Origin: Ascidiella aspersa
Lineage: Eukaryota
DNA: 64,000 nt
Reading direction: 5' to 3'
Assembly: GCA_963924565.1 (NCBI GenBank)
Contig: OZ004609.1
Location: 25,792,001-25,856,000 of the forward strand
The position numbers and the translations under genes are program-made. This document shows positions 62,001-64,000 of this stretch, piece by piece. The number at the start of each line of letters is the position of its first letter. The first letter of the stretch is position 1. The notes below the pieces were generated by a model. The model did not search any database. It was not told the DNA's origin and saw nothing but the letters and a program-made list of their open reading frames with translations.

Positions 62001-63938
62001 CTGTTCTGTGCTGGGAATTAGTTAGACTTTTTTATCTAAGGTATTCTTACATGTCTGATATTGGCAATTTTTCAGCTTTCTGTCAGCAATATCTTGGCTG
62101 TCTAGTTTGTCACATATATATATATTACATTACTATTCAAATATTTATTGTATTGTAAATGTTATGCATTGGATTTTGTTATCTTATGCAACCTATTTAC
62201 CAACCTGTTTAAACTTTTAAGTGTAACCAACATAGTTTCACATTTGTTGTAAAACTAATATTGGTAAATCAATAGCGTAAAGCCAGATCTATTAAAGTCA
62301 TTCAATAAAATAATATGTTTGTTTTGTTTGTGCAAAAGCAACAATGACTTTTAGCCAACTTTTCCAATTACCAGACGCAATACATGAATAGGCCTCAAAA
62401 TCTCTTGAAGTCTGTTGTGTTAAGCACTCCCTGGAATGCCTGTAACCTTAACTTGGCTAGTTTAAAACTCACATGTTTGTTGTAGCAAGTCAAATATTTC
62501 TGTATTAAGGGCAAGTGATTTGTCATCAAAATCGTCTGATCACTGTAGTATGAGTCGCTCATAATTTTTGCCTGAGGTGTCAAAGGTCTAGAAACAACAG
62601 GTTTAATGCAATTTATGAGGTTTTGCTGATGTCTATTTTTAACCTCAGGTTTTGGGATTAACCGGTTGTTTCACCAAACAGCCTTTGCTATTCTGTTTGC
62701 ATTTAGTTGCTTTTTTATTTGTACAAAAGGTAATAAGACCAAAATGTATATGTCTTAGAACTATCTATTAGTTTAGACATAATATAATAAACACAGGTTG
62801 TGACATGTTAACAGAGAAAAATTATACAGTTAAAGTTAGCAAACCGTAAAGTGTCTTTATGGAAAAGTTATGGTACATTATTTTTTTGTTGTTTTTGTAA
62901 ATTATGTTTTCTGTAAGAATATTGTAAAAGCAATAGGAAATACTCAGCATAAAAAGACGGGTTACAAAGTTTCTATTTGAAACCAATCTTTAATTTCTTC
63001 ATAAATTTTTAATCAGTGCTTTGTAATTTGACTTTTGACCTGCCTTAGTTAACTTAGTAATGCTTTTTGCATTTCATAGTTACGGGTTTACATAAAAACA
63101 ATATGATGCAAGAAATTTATGTGTTTATTTAGTTTATTACCATTAACAACCCATCCTTCATGCTAACATACATAAGAATAAAATTACGCAAATAAAGTAC
63201 CTGACGAGAATTAACATCTTCTTCATTTTCTAGGTTTTGGAACTTGTAAAATCCATACACGCAAAAGAAAAGAAAGTTCAGTTCAAGGACATGATGATTA
63301 GCACCGTGATGCCGATTTCTGTTGCAAGAGAACTGGAGGAAAACGAGAAATCAGAACTTAAAAATAAGCAAAAACTTCAAGAGGCCCCGAGCAAAGGCTT
63401 AAAATTAAAGTGGTGGAACAAAAATGGAAAAAGAAAGCAAGTTGTCGAAGAGAAACCCCACTTCCGTTCATTTACAATGAAGCGGTAGGATTTTTTTACT
63501 TGTGGTGAATTACCCCAATGCAATTCACCGCTGTGTGAAATTTAAAAAGCAAAAGTGCAGCAATGTTGCTTTTATTTTTAGAATGAACAATGTTTCGATC
63601 TTATATGCTGACATTGTCGGTTTTACACAAATGAGCACCAACAAAACGGCTGCTGAACTTGTTGGTCTTCTCAATGACTTATTTGGCAGATTTGACAAAC
63701 TTTGTGAAGAAACTGGATGTGAAAAAATCAGCACACTGGGTAGGTTGTCAAGGTTGACAATTCTAACATGTTTCAAGCATGCTTGCTAACAAATAAGTAA
63801 ACAAGTATATAATATTTAAAATAAGTATCTTAACAATGTTGAAAAAAACTTTATTTGCAGGTGACTGCTATTATTGTGTGGCTGGTTGCCCAATCGAAAA
63901 TGCAGATCATGCAAAGTGTTGTGTGGAGATGGGATTAG
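59057..63938 (+). CDS. ADCY9: Adenylate cyclase type 9, 5' part (N-terminus, first TM cassette, start of the C1a catalytic domain); continues beyond the window
   Basis: Exons 59057-59195, 59440-59548, 59694-59861, 60614-60830, 61066-61227, 63234-63484, 63582-63739 and 63861-63938 are in phase. AC9-type motifs: [18 protein letters not shown] and [59 protein letters not shown]...[10 protein letters not shown]. Confidence 0.93.
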
Positions 63939-64000
63939 GCAAGTTTTTTATAAGAAAAAATTTCCTATTTTTATTTGTTTTTTTATAATTTATTGATTTC

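Overview
AT-rich, intron-dense animal (eukaryotic) genomic DNA. The chordate-like proteins, short introns, mosaic CpG landscape and recurring CRE-like motifs suggest an invertebrate chordate such as an ascidian (inference). Seven protein-coding genes were reconstructed by hand from splice sites and reading phase. In order: the 5' end of OBI1/RNF219 (-), head-to-head with a complete SLC10A7 (+); a complete THSD1/Golden-goal-like receptor with TSP1+CUB+TM (-); an SLC36 proton-coupled amino-acid transporter (-) with a tandem pair of mutually exclusive exons; a TOM1-family gene with an intronless CDS (+); an expanded FAM199X (+); and the 5' part of ADCY9 (+). Repeats include a decayed, 5'-truncated L1/Tx1-type LINE and many hAT-like or Tc1-like MITEs, several with intact TSDs. 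The most interesting signals are the frame-enforced exon switch in SLC36 TM8-9, the Gogo-type CUB retained in a chordate-like THSD1, the ET-like / kinase-site / WDR5-motif architecture of FAM199X, sharp intragenic CpG boundaries, and small duplications that copy splice sites. No prokaryotic features, CRISPR arrays, rRNA or tRNA genes were seen. All gene names come from recalled similarity to known proteins, not from database searches.
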